This document shows, piece by piece, positions 9,962 through 19,435 of a stretch of DNA of 64,000 bases. The notes under the pieces were generated by a model. That model was not told the DNA's origin. It did not search any database and was given only the letters and a program-made list of their open reading frames with translations. The stretch spans positions 237,647-301,646 of the forward strand of contig JACIXD010000001.1 of the NCBI GenBank assembly GCA_014360645.1, read 5' to 3'. Source of the DNA: Actinomycetota bacterium (GTDB lineage Bacteria > Actinomycetota > Geothermincolia > Geothermincolales > RBG-13-55-18). The position numbers and the translations under genes are program-made. Within the stretch, counting starts at the first letter, position 1; each line of letters starts with the position of its first letter.

Positions 9962-11083
9962 ATGCAGGCGGTTATCCTGGTAGGCGGGCAGGGGACCAGA
10001 CTGCGTCCCCTCACCCTCACGGTGCCCAAACCCGTGCTCCCCCTCATGAACCGGCCCTTCCTGGAGTTCCAGATCGAGCTCTGCAGGCGTTACGGCGTCA
10101 CCGACATCATCCTCTCCACCGCCTATAAGCCCGAGGTCTTCGCCTCCTGTTTCGGCGACGGCAGTGCGCTGGGGGTGAAGCTCACCTACGTCACCGAGGA
10201 GGAGCCCCTGGACACCTGCGGGGCGGTGAAGAACGTGGAGCGCTACATCGAGGGCACCTTCCTGGTCTTCAACGGCGACGTGCTGAGCGACCTCGACCTC
10301 GACAACCTCATCGCCTATCACCGCGAGAAGGGGGGACAGGCCACCCTGTACCTCACGCGCGTGGAGGACCCCACCGCCTACGGACTGGTCCCCCTGGACC
10401 GCAGGGGCCGGATCAAGGAGTTCCTGGAGAAGCCGAGCTGGGACCAGGTGGTGACCGACCTCATCAACGCGGGGACCTACGTGCTTGAGCCTGAGCTGCT
10501 GGACCGCGTGCCGGCGGGCGAGCGCTACTCCTTCGAGCGCCAGCTCTTCCCCGGCCTCCTCGAGGACGGCATCCCCATGTACGGCTTTCCCAGCGACGCC
10601 TACTGGCTGGACATCGGCACCCCTGCGAAATACCTGCAGGCCCATTACGACATCCTGCGGCGCGCCTATCCCTTCGAGTTCCGGGGAAAGATGGTAAGGC
10701 CCTCGGTGTGGGTGGAGGGGGAGGCGGACATCTCCCCCGAGGCCTCGGTCTTCGGCCCCACGGTCATCGGCGAGGGATGCAGGATAGCGCCCCACGCCAC
10801 GGTGTCCAGCAACTGCGTCCTCGGGCCCGACTGCGTGGTGGAGGAGGGGGCATATCTCGAGGGCGCGGTGCTGCACGCGGGCTGCAGGGTGGGAGCCGAC
10901 AGCGTCCTGCGCCAGTGCGCTCTCTCGGCGGGGGTGGAGATAGGGGAGCGGGTGCACGTGTGCGACCAGGCGGTGGTCGGGGGCGGGATAAAGGTGGGAG
11001 AGGACAACGAGCTCCGATACGGCATAAGGGTTTGGCCAGGCCACGACATCCCCCCCTCCACGCTGCGCTTCCTCACCAACTGA
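9962..11083 (+). CDS. manC: mannose-1-phosphate guanylyltransferase-like sugar-1-P nucleotidyltransferase
   Basis: 373 aa with an N-terminal nucleotidyltransferase motif (AVILVGGQGTRLRPLT) and a C-terminal left-handed beta-helix hexapeptide region. Confidence 0.65.
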   Translation: MQAVILVGGQGTRLRPLTLTVPKPVLPLMNRPFLEFQIELCRRYGVTDIILSTAYKPEVFASCFGDGSALGVKLTYVTEEEPLDTCGAVKNVERYIEGTFLVFNGDVLSDLDLDNLIAYHREKGGQATLYLTRVEDPTAYGLVPLDRRGRIKEFLEKPSWDQVVTDLINAGTYVLEPELLDRVPAGERYSFERQLFPGLLEDGIPMYGFPSDAYWLDIGTPAKYLQAHYDILRRAYPFEFRGKMVRPSVWVEGEADISPEASVFGPTVIGEGCRIAPHATVSSNCVLGPDCVVEEGAYLEGAVLHAGCRVGADSVLRQCALSAGVEIGERVHVCDQAVVGGGIKVGEDNELRYGIRVWPGHDIPPSTLRFLTN

Positions 11084-11440
11084 GAGAGGCTGAAACATCG
11101 AGGGCGAGGGGACGCGAGCCCCGGGTCCGGCGCGCGGAACGGGCGGCTGAGGGCCGGGAACACGGCGGAGGCATGAGCGAGGTCCTCCGCGAGAGGGCTC
11201 GCGCCCTCTGGCTCGTGGGGGCCTGCCGGAGCCCCGGCTCGACCACCCCGCGCGGGTTCATCGGCATGCGGACGGGCGCCGGCGAGGGCGGGGCCGCAAG
11301 CCCGCCGCGTGGCGGGTCGGAAGCCGGTATGGAAAACCGCTCTGCATACAGGCATAATGGACGGATGACGGCGGCCCGCTCCTTGGACGGGGCGGCTGAT
11401 ACGCCGGAGAGGGAACCGTGGTCGGAGCAAGGAGGAGACG

Positions 11441-12394
11441 TTGAGGATACTCATCACGGGGATAACCGGGTTCGTAGGGAGCCACCTTGCGGAATACGCC
11501 CTCACCAAAGAAGGGGTGGAGGTCTTCGGCACCGTGCGCTGGCGGTCGCGCATGGACAACGTGGAGGGCATCCTGGACCGCATCCACATCATCGACTGCG
11601 ACCTGCGGGACAACGTGGCGGTGAAGAGGACGCTGGAGGAGGTCCGCCCCGATTACATCTTCCACTTGGCGGCCCAGAGCTTCGTGCCCACCTCCTGGAA
11701 GGCTCCCGCCGAGACCCTCACCACCAACATCATCTCCCAGCTCAACCTGCTGGAGTCCATCCGCGACCTGGGGCTGGAGACGCGCATCCAGGTGGCGGGA
11801 TCGAGCGAGGAGTACGGCCTGGTCTTCGAGCACGAGACGCCCATAAGCGAGGAGAACCCCCTGCGCCCCCTGTCCCCCTACGCGGTGAGCAAGGTGGCCC
11901 AGGACATGCTGGCCTACCAGTACCACCGCAGCTACGGCATCTACGCCGTGCGCACCCGAGCCTTCAACCACGAGGGGCCGCGCCGCGGGCACGTCTTCGT
12001 CACCAGCAACTTCGCCAAGCAGATCGCGGAGATCGAGAAGGGCAAGAAGGAGCCGGTCATCGAGGTGGGAAACCTCAACGCCCGCCGGGATTTCACCGAC
12101 GTGAGGGACATGGTCAAGGCCTACTGGCTATCCCTGGAGAAGGGCGAGGCGGGGGAGGTGTACAACATCGGGTCCGGGCGCGCGGTGACCATCCGCGAGA
12201 TGCTGGACATGCTGCTCTCCTACTCCCACCTGGATATCGAGATCAGGCCGGTTCCCGAGCGCATGCGCCCCTCCGATGTGGAGCTCTTGATCTGCGACTG
12301 CAGCAAGTTCAAGGCCATCACGGGGTGGAGCCCGGAGATACCCCTGGAAAAGACCCTGAAGGACACCCTGGATTACTGGCGTGAGCGCGTATGA
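11441..12394 (+). CDS. gmd: GDP-mannose 4,6-dehydratase
   Basis: 317 aa with a TTG start 4 nt after an AAGGAGGAG RBS. Carries the GMD hallmark [10 protein letters not shown], plus [15 protein letters not shown] and PYAVSK. Confidence 0.7.
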   Translation: MRILITGITGFVGSHLAEYALTKEGVEVFGTVRWRSRMDNVEGILDRIHIIDCDLRDNVAVKRTLEEVRPDYIFHLAAQSFVPTSWKAPAETLTTNIISQLNLLESIRDLGLETRIQVAGSSEEYGLVFEHETPISEENPLRPLSPYAVSKVAQDMLAYQYHRSYGIYAVRTRAFNHEGPRRGHVFVTSNFAKQIAEIEKGKKEPVIEVGNLNARRDFTDVRDMVKAYWLSLEKGEAGEVYNIGSGRAVTIREMLDMLLSYSHLDIEIRPVPERMRPSDVELLICDCSKFKAITGWSPEIPLEKTLKDTLDYWRERV

Positions 12395-12446
12395 GGGGCG
12401 CGGGAAAGCGCCGGGCGCAGGACGTGCGGAGAACGCGGAGGTAAGC

Positions 12447-13703
12447 ATGGACTACGACGTGAAGGACCTTTCCCTGGCCCGCGAGGGAAAGCTGAGGATA
12501 GAGTGGGCGGAGCGGGACATGCCCGTGCTGCGCATGATCCGGGAGCGTTTCGAAAAGGACAGGCCCCTCAAAGGGGTGAGGGTGGGCGCCTGCCTCCACG
12601 TCACCACGGAGACCGCCAACCTTATGATCACCCTCAAGGCGGGGGGCGCGAAGGTGGCGCTGTGCGCCTCCAATCCCCTCTCCACCCAGGACGACGTGGC
12701 GGCCTCCCTGGTAAAACATCACAGGATCCCCGTCTTCGCGGTGAGGGGGGAGGACAAGAAGACCTATTATTCCCACATCAACGCCGTGCTGGACACCCAG
12801 CCGCAGGTGACCATGGACGACGGGGCGGACCTCATCTCCACCCTGCACTCGGAGCGCAGGGAGCAGGCGGAGAAGGTGTGGGCGGGGGCGGAGGAGACCA
12901 CCACCGGGGTCATCCGCCTCAAGGCCATGGCCGAGAGGGGGGTGCTCCTCTATCCGGTGATCGCGGTGAACAACGCCATGACCAAGCACCTCTTCGACAA
13001 CCGCTTCGGCACCGGGCAGTCCACCCTGGACGGGGTGCTGCGGGCCACCAACATCCTGCTGGCAGGCCGGCGGGTGGTGGTTTTCGGCTACGGCATGTGC
13101 GGACGCGGCGTGGCCTCGCGGGCACGCGGCCTGGGCGCCAACGTGACGGTGGTGGAGACGGACCCCCTGCGCGCCCTGGAGGCGGTGATGGAGGGCTTCG
13201 AGGTATCGGGCAGCGCGGCGGCGGCCGAGAAGGGAGACCTCTTCATCACCGTCACCGGCGACATCCACGTGCTGCGCGCCGAGCACTTCCGGCGCATGAA
13301 GGACGGCGCGGTGCTCTGCAACTCCGGGCATTTCAACGTGGAGATAGACATCCCCGCCCTGGAGAAGATGTCCCGCGGCAGGCGCCGTGTGCGCGAGAAC
13401 GTGGAGGAGTTCCTGCTCCGGGACGGGCGCCGCATCTACCTCCTCGCCGACGGGAGGCTGGTGAACCTGGCGGCGGCGGAGGGGCATCCCGCCTCGGTGA
13501 TGGACATGTCCTTCGCCAACCAAGCCCTGGTGGTGGAATACGTCAGGGAGAGCCACCCTTACCTGGAGAGGGTGGTCTACGACGTCCCCGAGGAGCTGGA
13601 CCGCGAGATCGCCCGCCTCAAGCTGGCCTCCATGGGCATAGAGATCGATTCCCTCACCCGCGAGCAGGAGAAATACCTCTCCTCCTGGGAGATGGGCACC
13701 TGA
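12447..13703 (+). CDS. ahcY: adenosylhomocysteinase
   Basis: Classic AhcY N-terminus [28 protein letters not shown] after a GGAGG RBS. The ORF-track start at 12381 is an in-frame upstream extension. Confidence 0.85.
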   Translation: MDYDVKDLSLAREGKLRIEWAERDMPVLRMIRERFEKDRPLKGVRVGACLHVTTETANLMITLKAGGAKVALCASNPLSTQDDVAASLVKHHRIPVFAVRGEDKKTYYSHINAVLDTQPQVTMDDGADLISTLHSERREQAEKVWAGAEETTTGVIRLKAMAERGVLLYPVIAVNNAMTKHLFDNRFGTGQSTLDGVLRATNILLAGRRVVVFGYGMCGRGVASRARGLGANVTVVETDPLRALEAVMEGFEVSGSAAAAEKGDLFITVTGDIHVLRAEHFRRMKDGAVLCNSGHFNVEIDIPALEKMSRGRRRVRENVEEFLLRDGRRIYLLADGRLVNLAAAEGHPASVMDMSFANQALVVEYVRESHPYLERVVYDVPEELDREIARLKLASMGIEIDSLTREQEKYLSSWEMGT

Positions 13704-13925
13704 AGACCCGCGCGCAATAGCACTATGCGTGCGGGCAGTCGCTCGCCTTGTTATGTTCACGCCATGCCCGCCGAGGGATGGCGGCCCACGTCGCTCGACG
13801 GCCTTGATCTTGAGAGACGGGGTAGTTCACCGCGATCTTCCTGGATGAGGTCGCCCGTGTTTGCAGGGAAACCCCATCCGCATGGCCACGTCTGAGAGAT
13901 TGCGCAATATAACCGCGATCATGTT

Positions 13926-13958
13926 AATATAATCATTAAGTTGTTTGATGATTATATT
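13926..13958. promoter_or_regulatory. 11-bp perfect inverted repeat (AATATAATCAT-N11-ATGATTATATT), operator-like, upstream of the fic gene
   Basis: A perfect palindrome with no G/C (so not a terminator), lying 36-68 bp upstream of the fic ATG in the AT-rich leader. Confidence 0.35.
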
Positions 13959-13993
13959 TAATTGCATCCGGAAAGCGGGATTCCATTTTCAAG

Positions 13994-15079
13994 ATGACGG
14001 ACAAAATGGCTTCACGGAGGGGAGCGGGAGGAATGAGATCCTTTGAGGAAGGATTCATCTCAGGACAAGCTATAACCCAGGGACTCATCATGACCATCAG
14101 GACTATCGGAGAGTACAAGGGAAGGCATGCTCTGTACAAGTCGCAGGCTCCCCAGTTGCTGGAGACATTGCGGACGACTGCGATCGTCAACAGTGCCGAG
14201 GCATCAAACAGGATCGAGGGGATAACCGCACCCCTTAAGAGGATAGAGGAATTGGTGATAAGAAGGGATGAGCCCCGTAATCGATCGGAGCAGGAGATAG
14301 CGGGTTACAGGGATGCGCTGAGCACCATTCATGCAAACTGGCCAGACATGGATTTTAGCGCCGGCCTGGTTCTGCAGCTACATCGTGACCTGTTCAAGTA
14401 TGTTCCCGGGCAGGGGGGCAGATGGAAGCAGGTCGATGACGAGATAGCGGAGACTCTGCCTACCGGGGAGAAGATAGTGAGGTTCAAGCCTGTTCCAGCT
14501 CATCTAACGGGTGAGGCCATGGTGCGGTTGCATGAGCGATTCAATAGTGCATGGGAGGCAGGCGAGGTAGAGCCTTTGCTCATCATCCCGGCTTACATCC
14601 TGGATTTCCTGTGCATCCGTCCCTTTCTTGACGGTAACGGCAGGATGGCCAGGCTCATAACCCTGCTACTTCTATATAAGGCGGGCTATGAGGTTGGCAG
14701 GTATATCAGCCTCGAGAAGGTGATAGATGAAAACCGCGAGGGCTATTATGATGCTCTGCGAGGCTCGGATCGGGGATGGCACGAAGGAAACCACTCCCTC
14801 CTTCCCTGGTGGGAGTTTTTCCTGGGAGTCATGCTAATAGGAGCCTATAGGGAATTAGAACGGCGCGTAGGCGTGGTTTCCACTAAACGCGGCCATAAAC
14901 GAGAGATGATCCAGGATACCATTCGGCGATTGCCGGCGGAGTTCAGGGTATCCGATATCGAGAGAATATGTCCGGGAATAAGCAGGCCCACCATCAACAG
15001 GGTTCTTGCAATGCTCCGAGACAGAGGCGAGATCCGCTGCGTCAAGGCGGGTAGAGACGCGATATGGCGCAAGCTCTAG
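13994..15079 (+). CDS. Fic family protein (class II-like with N-terminal SxxxEG inhibitory motif and C-terminal wHTH); Fic motif has Arg in place of the catalytic His
   Basis: 361 aa. The Fic core is RPFLDGNGRMAR (canonical HPFx[DE]GNGRxxR; codon cgt at the His position). N-terminal SNRIEG matches the (S/T)xxxE(G/N) inhibitory helix, and the C-terminal ~60 aa look like a winged HTH. The gene sits in a lower-GC region. Confidence 0.7.
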   Translation: MTDKMASRRGAGGMRSFEEGFISGQAITQGLIMTIRTIGEYKGRHALYKSQAPQLLETLRTTAIVNSAEASNRIEGITAPLKRIEELVIRRDEPRNRSEQEIAGYRDALSTIHANWPDMDFSAGLVLQLHRDLFKYVPGQGGRWKQVDDEIAETLPTGEKIVRFKPVPAHLTGEAMVRLHERFNSAWEAGEVEPLLIIPAYILDFLCIRPFLDGNGRMARLITLLLLYKAGYEVGRYISLEKVIDENREGYYDALRGSDRGWHEGNHSLLPWWEFFLGVMLIGAYRELERRVGVVSTKRGHKREMIQDTIRRLPAEFRVSDIERICPGISRPTINRVLAMLRDRGEIRCVKAGRDAIWRKL

Positions 15080-15289
15080 AGATCACCCGCTGGCCTTGCG
15101 GTGGTGACGAAACCTTTGCCGGATTGGGGGTGGCCGCGGCCCGCATTCTCAAGATTAGGTATCGGCCATGAAAACATTGCCGGGAAGGGGAACGCTGAAG
15201 AAATTTCGATCCAGTCGCAGGCGGATGAGACGGCCGAGAAGGAGCAAACGATCGACAGCGCAACTCATAGATCGAGGCGGAGGTGAAAA

Positions 15290-16318
15290 GTGAACGTCGA
15301 GAAGGGCGGGGATTTCAAGGCGGTGGACTGGCGTGACGGCAGGGTGGTCCTGCTCGACCAGACGCGGCTTCCCGCGGAGGAGGTCTATATGGAGATCTCC
15401 GATTGGCGGGAGGTGGCCGAGGCCATAAGGAAGATGCGCGTGAGGGGAGCTCCCGCCATCGGGATAGCCGCCGCCTACGGCATCGCCCTGGCGGCCCTGG
15501 CGCCCGGCGCGAGGCGGGAGGTGGAGGCGGCGTGCCGGGAGCTGGCCACGGCGAGGCCCACGGCGGTGAACCTGGCGTGGGCGGTGGAGCGCATGCGCCG
15601 GGTGGCGGTGGACGCGCCCGCGGAGGGGCTTGCGGCCGCCCTCCTCTCCGAGGCGCACGAGATCGCGGCGGAGCAGGACGCCGCCGACCGGGCCATAGGC
15701 GAATTCGGGGCGGAGCTGCTCCCCGGGGGATGCCGCGTCCTCACCCACTGCAACGCGGGTGGGCTCGCCACCTATTCCTACGGCACCGCCCTGGGAGTGA
15801 TCAAGACCGCCTTCCGCCAGGGAAAGATCGCCCACGTGTGGGTGGACGAGACGCGGCCCCTCCTGCAGGGTGCTCGTCTCACCGCCTGGGAGCTCATGCG
15901 CGAGGGCATCCCCATGTCCCTCGTCTGTGACAACATGGCCGGGCACCTCATGTCCAGGGGGGAGGTGGACGCGGTGGTCACCGGGGCCGACCGGGTGGCG
16001 GCAAACGGAGACAGCGCGAACAAGATCGGCACCTACGCCCTGGCGGTGCTGGCGGAAAAGCACGGCCTGCCCTTCTATATCGCGGCGCCGCTCTCCACCC
16101 TGGACCCCGCCGCCGCCGACGGCGGGTCCATCCCTATCGAGGAGAGGGAGGAGGCGGAGGTCACCATCCTCGCCGGGACGGCCATCGCCCCCGCGGGGGT
16201 ACGAGCCCGTAACTTCGCCTTCGACGTCACCCCGGCCGAGCTCATCACCGCCATCATCACCGAGAGGGGCGTGGCCAGGCCTCCCTACGGCAGGTCCCTG
16301 CGCGAGCTCCTGGACTGA
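15290..16318 (+). CDS. mtnA: S-methyl-5-thioribose-1-phosphate isomerase (eIF-2B alpha/beta/delta family)
   Basis: 342 aa with a GTG start after GGAGGTG. MtnA-like throughout ([14 protein letters not shown]...[10 protein letters not shown]...ANKIGTY). Confidence 0.75.
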   Translation: MNVEKGGDFKAVDWRDGRVVLLDQTRLPAEEVYMEISDWREVAEAIRKMRVRGAPAIGIAAAYGIALAALAPGARREVEAACRELATARPTAVNLAWAVERMRRVAVDAPAEGLAAALLSEAHEIAAEQDAADRAIGEFGAELLPGGCRVLTHCNAGGLATYSYGTALGVIKTAFRQGKIAHVWVDETRPLLQGARLTAWELMREGIPMSLVCDNMAGHLMSRGEVDAVVTGADRVAANGDSANKIGTYALAVLAEKHGLPFYIAAPLSTLDPAAADGGSIPIEEREEAEVTILAGTAIAPAGVRARNFAFDVTPAELITAIITERGVARPPYGRSLRELLD

Positions 16319-16511
16319 AATCACCCCCCTCCTCTGCGATTGCGGCGCCCGCATGCCGCCTGGCCTGTGGGATTCCGGCGCACCTCCCGGAGGGAGCCGC
16401 GCCGGATGCCTGGGTTCGCATCAAGGCGGGGCATATCCGGCCGTGACCACGGCATGGGGAGAGGCGCCGTATCATGCCCCGCGTTGCGCGCCGGCTCCGC
16501 TTGGCGTAACT

Positions 16512-16517
16512 TATAAT
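16512..16517 (+). promoter_or_regulatory. TATAAT -10 hexamer upstream of the second nucleotidyltransferase gene
   Basis: cttataatgcg lies about 35 nt upstream of the ATG at 16552. Confidence 0.3.
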
Positions 16518-16551
16518 GCGACCGTTGCGGCGCGAGAAAGGCTTGAAGGCG

Positions 16552-17670
16552 ATGAAGGCGATGATCCTCGCGGCGGGGCTGGGAACCCGCCTGCGTCCCC
16601 TCACGGAGGAGATATCCAAGCCCATGGTGCCCATCGTCAACCGTCCCGTGATGGAGCACATCGTCGAGCTGCTGGCGCGCCACGGCTTCCACGAGCTGTA
16701 CGTGAACCTCCATTACCACCCCGAGGTGATCACCGGGCACTTCGGGGACGGCGCGAGATGGGGGCTCTCCATCACCTACTCCTACGAGGAGGAGCTGCTG
16801 GGGACCGCCGGGGGCGTCAAGAAGCTGGAGCGGGAACTGGGCGGCGAGAGGTTCCTGGTCATCAGCGGGGACGCCCTCACCGACCTCGACCTCACCGCGC
16901 TCATGGCCTTCCACGTCGGGCACGGGGCCCCGGCAACCATCGTGGTCACGCCGGTGGATGACCCCTCCAAGTACGGGGTGGTGATAATGGACGAGGGCGC
17001 CCGCATCGTGGCCTTCCAGGAGAAGCCCTCGCACGAGGAGGCGCGCAGCCATCTCGCCAACAGCGGCATATACGTGTTCGAGCCGGAGGTCCTGGAGATG
17101 ATTCCCCAGGGGTTCTATGATTTCGGCTCGCAGCTCTTCCCGCGTTTCCTGGCGGAAGGCACGCCTTTCTACGGCTACAGGCACCGGGATTACTGGAACG
17201 ACGTGGGGAGCCTGGAGGAGTACAAGGCGGGGAATTTCGACGCCCTCACCGGCAAGGTGAAGGTGAGGATACCGGGCGTTAGGATAGGGGACGACGTGTG
17301 GATAGGGGACGAGACGGTGATCGAGGAGGACGTGGTCATGGTCGGCCCCATCTGCATCGGCTCCCGTTGCCTGGTGAGGAAGGGCGCCAAGCTCTTCGGG
17401 CCCCTGGTGGTGGGGGACCGCACGGTCATCGACGAGGGCGCGGTTCTTTACCGCGGCATCAAGTGGGGGGACGGATACATAGGAAAGGACGCCCATCTCA
17501 TGGATTCCATCGTGGGGTGGGAGGCGGAGATAGGGAGGGGGGCCTCTCTGCTCTCCGATACGGTGGTGGGACACCGCGTGGTCATCGGGGAGGGGAGCGT
17601 CATCCACCCCAGCGTGAGCATCATGCCGGGCTCGGTCATCGAGAAGAACCACCACTTCAAAGGCGACTGA
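16552..17670 (+). CDS. sugar-1-phosphate nucleotidyltransferase with C-terminal hexapeptide (LbH) domain
   Basis: MKAMILAAGLGTRLRPLT nucleotidyltransferase motif followed by a left-handed beta-helix. The ORF-track start at 16516 lies inside a TATAAT -10 box, so the internal ATG at 16552 is preferred. Confidence 0.65.
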   Translation: MKAMILAAGLGTRLRPLTEEISKPMVPIVNRPVMEHIVELLARHGFHELYVNLHYHPEVITGHFGDGARWGLSITYSYEEELLGTAGGVKKLERELGGERFLVISGDALTDLDLTALMAFHVGHGAPATIVVTPVDDPSKYGVVIMDEGARIVAFQEKPSHEEARSHLANSGIYVFEPEVLEMIPQGFYDFGSQLFPRFLAEGTPFYGYRHRDYWNDVGSLEEYKAGNFDALTGKVKVRIPGVRIGDDVWIGDETVIEEDVVMVGPICIGSRCLVRKGAKLFGPLVVGDRTVIDEGAVLYRGIKWGDGYIGKDAHLMDSIVGWEAEIGRGASLLSDTVVGHRVVIGEGSVIHPSVSIMPGSVIEKNHHFKGD

Positions 17671-17734
17671 TGGGGTCAGCCCCGGACATGGGACATTTTG
17701 TATGTGCGGGGGTATGCGCGGGCGTATGCGTGCC

Positions 17735-18410
17735 AGGCCTGGACCTCGCTGCGCTCCGTCCAGGCACTGGACACCGTAGCGCCTGCGGCGCTATCGCTTT
17801 CGCGATGCAGTCTCTCGCGCGATAAAGGATGACGCCCAGCCGCACAGGCACTGGACACCGTAGCGCCTGCGGCGCTATCGCTTTCGCGATGCAGTCTCTC
17901 GCGCGATAAAGGATGACGCCCAGCCGCACAGGCACTGGACACCGTAGCGCCTCCGGCGCTATCGCATTCGCGATGCAGTCTCTCGCACGATAAAGGATAA
18001 CACCCCGCCTAGCCAGGCGCTGGACACCGTAGCGCCTCCGGCGCTATCGCATTCGCGATGCAGTCTCTCGCACGATAAAGGATAACACCCCGCCTAGCCA
18101 GGCGCTGGACACCGTAGCGCCTCCGGCGCTATCGCTTACGCGATGCAGTCTCTCGCGCGATAAAGGATGACGCCCCGCCGCACAGGCACTGGACACCGTA
18201 GCGCCTGCGGCGCTATCGCTTACGCGATGCAGTCTCTCGCGCGATAAAGGATTACACCCCGCCGCACAGGCACCAGGCACCGTAGCGCCTGCGGCGCTAT
18301 CGCTTCCGCGATGCAGTCTCTCGCGCGATAAAGGATTACACCCCGCCGCACAGGCACCAGGCACCGTAGCGCCTGCGGCGCTATCGCTTTCGCGATGCAT
18401 TCCATCGGTC
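17735..18410. repeat. tandem direct repeat array, ~8 copies of an 83-85-bp unit (A A A B B A' C C subtypes)
   Basis: Full unit copies start at 17761, 17845, 17929, 18014, 18099, 18184, 18267 and 18351 (period 83-85 bp), preceded by a partial degenerate copy from ~17735. The unit caggcactggacaccgtagcgcctgcggcgctatcgctttcgcgatgcagtctctcgcgcgataaaggatgacgcccagccgca contains the small palindromes tagcgcc-tgc-ggcgcta, atcgc-tttc-gcgat and tcgcgcga. Copies differ at only a few positions. Confidence 0.9.
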
Positions 18411-18554
18411 GGGAGACCATAAGAACCTTTCTAAAAACACAAAACACTCGATCGTAACGAACCGGTCGTTCCCGGGCCAGGGCAAGGATGGAATGATGAG
18501 GTTCTTCTCCTGCTCCCGCTCATGGCGCCGCTTTGCAGGAAACCCATCTCGCTA

Positions 18555-18584
18555 TTGACATAACTTATAAAACATGATAAAAAT
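18555..18584 (+). promoter_or_regulatory. sigma70-type promoter (TTGACA-17-TAAAAAT) upstream of comF
   Basis: A perfect -35 hexamer sits in an AT-rich segment. The -10 ends about 7 nt before the ATG at 18592, so the comF mRNA may be leaderless. Confidence 0.4.
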
Positions 18585-18591
18585 AATAAAC

Positions 18592-19308
18592 ATGATAATA
18601 TATATACTTAACGAGCTGCTCTTCCCGGTGAGATGCGCCGGATGCGGGAGGTGCCTGCGCAGGCCGATATGTCCCGAGTGCAACGCGGCCATGCCCATGG
18701 TAAGAGGGCACACCTGCTCGCGGTGCGGCAGGCCCACCATGTATGCGGTGAACGGCTGCCTGCAGTGCGGCACCGGCCTGAGATCGGTCGACCACACAGT
18801 GGCCATGGCGGTGTACGAGGAGCCGCTGCGTTCCGTCATCCACAAACTGAAATATGGCAACGGCTGGAGGCTTGCGGCTCCGCTGGGCGCCATGGCGGCG
18901 GCACGCCTCGCCCCGCACCTGGCCACGAGCCGGCCCGCCGTCACCTTCGTTCCCATGCACCGACGTAGGAGGATGGAGCGCGGTTACGACCATGCCGAGA
19001 AGCTGGCTGCAGGCGTGGCGCGCGCCCTGGGTCTGGAGGTGGTACGCCTGCTCGAGCGCTCCCGTCTTTCCCCCTCACAGGCCTCCCTGGGGTATGCGGA
19101 GAGGCGGAAGAATGTAAAGGGGGCGTTCAGGCTGAAGGCGGATGGCCAGCTGCCGGAGGAGGTGGTGGTGGTGGACGACGTGCTCACCACGGGCTCCACT
19201 CTGGCGGAGTGCGCGGACACGCTCAAGGCGGGAGGGGCACGAAGGGTGGTGGCGTGTGTGCTCGCCCGGGACCTCCTCGAGGTGGGATCGGTCCCGGAGG
19301 CGGTGTGA
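18592..19308 (+). CDS. comF: ComF family protein (ComFC-like phosphoribosyltransferase-domain protein)
   Basis: N-terminal Zn-finger CAGCGRC...CPEC and a C-terminal PRTase motif VVVVDDVLTTGSTL. The start is uncertain (ATG 18592, possibly leaderless, or GTG 18628); the ORF-track start at 18574 lies within the promoter. Confidence 0.7.
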   Translation: MIIYILNELLFPVRCAGCGRCLRRPICPECNAAMPMVRGHTCSRCGRPTMYAVNGCLQCGTGLRSVDHTVAMAVYEEPLRSVIHKLKYGNGWRLAAPLGAMAAARLAPHLATSRPAVTFVPMHRRRRMERGYDHAEKLAAGVARALGLEVVRLLERSRLSPSQASLGYAERRKNVKGAFRLKADGQLPEEVVVVDDVLTTGSTLAECADTLKAGGARRVVACVLARDLLEVGSVPEAV

Positions 19309-19435
19309 CCACGACCTATCCCTCGCCCGTCGAAAAGCTCGAATGACGGGGATGGCAGAAATGGCCTCGCCGTATTTACCGTTAAAAAGCGGGCCCGCGG
19401 ATGACGATAATAATAGCGGTTGAAGGAGGCGAGAT

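Noticed and set aside
10708-12384. 558-aa plus-strand ORF (MGGGGGGHLPRG...)
   Set aside because: The translation is Gly/Arg/Pro-rich and low-complexity, overlapping manC and gmd in other frames, which is a typical GC-rich frame artifact.
17735-18410. Tandem repeat array as a CRISPR array
   Set aside because: The whole 84-bp unit repeats with only point variants. There are no unique spacer-sized segments, the repeat-spacer alternation is absent, and no cas genes lie nearby.
17657-18447. ORF-track CDSs 17657..17935, 17676..17942, 18044..18400 and 18220..18447 (minus strand)
   Set aside because: These are translations of the tandem repeat itself (the peptides are internally repetitive) and are not supported as genes.
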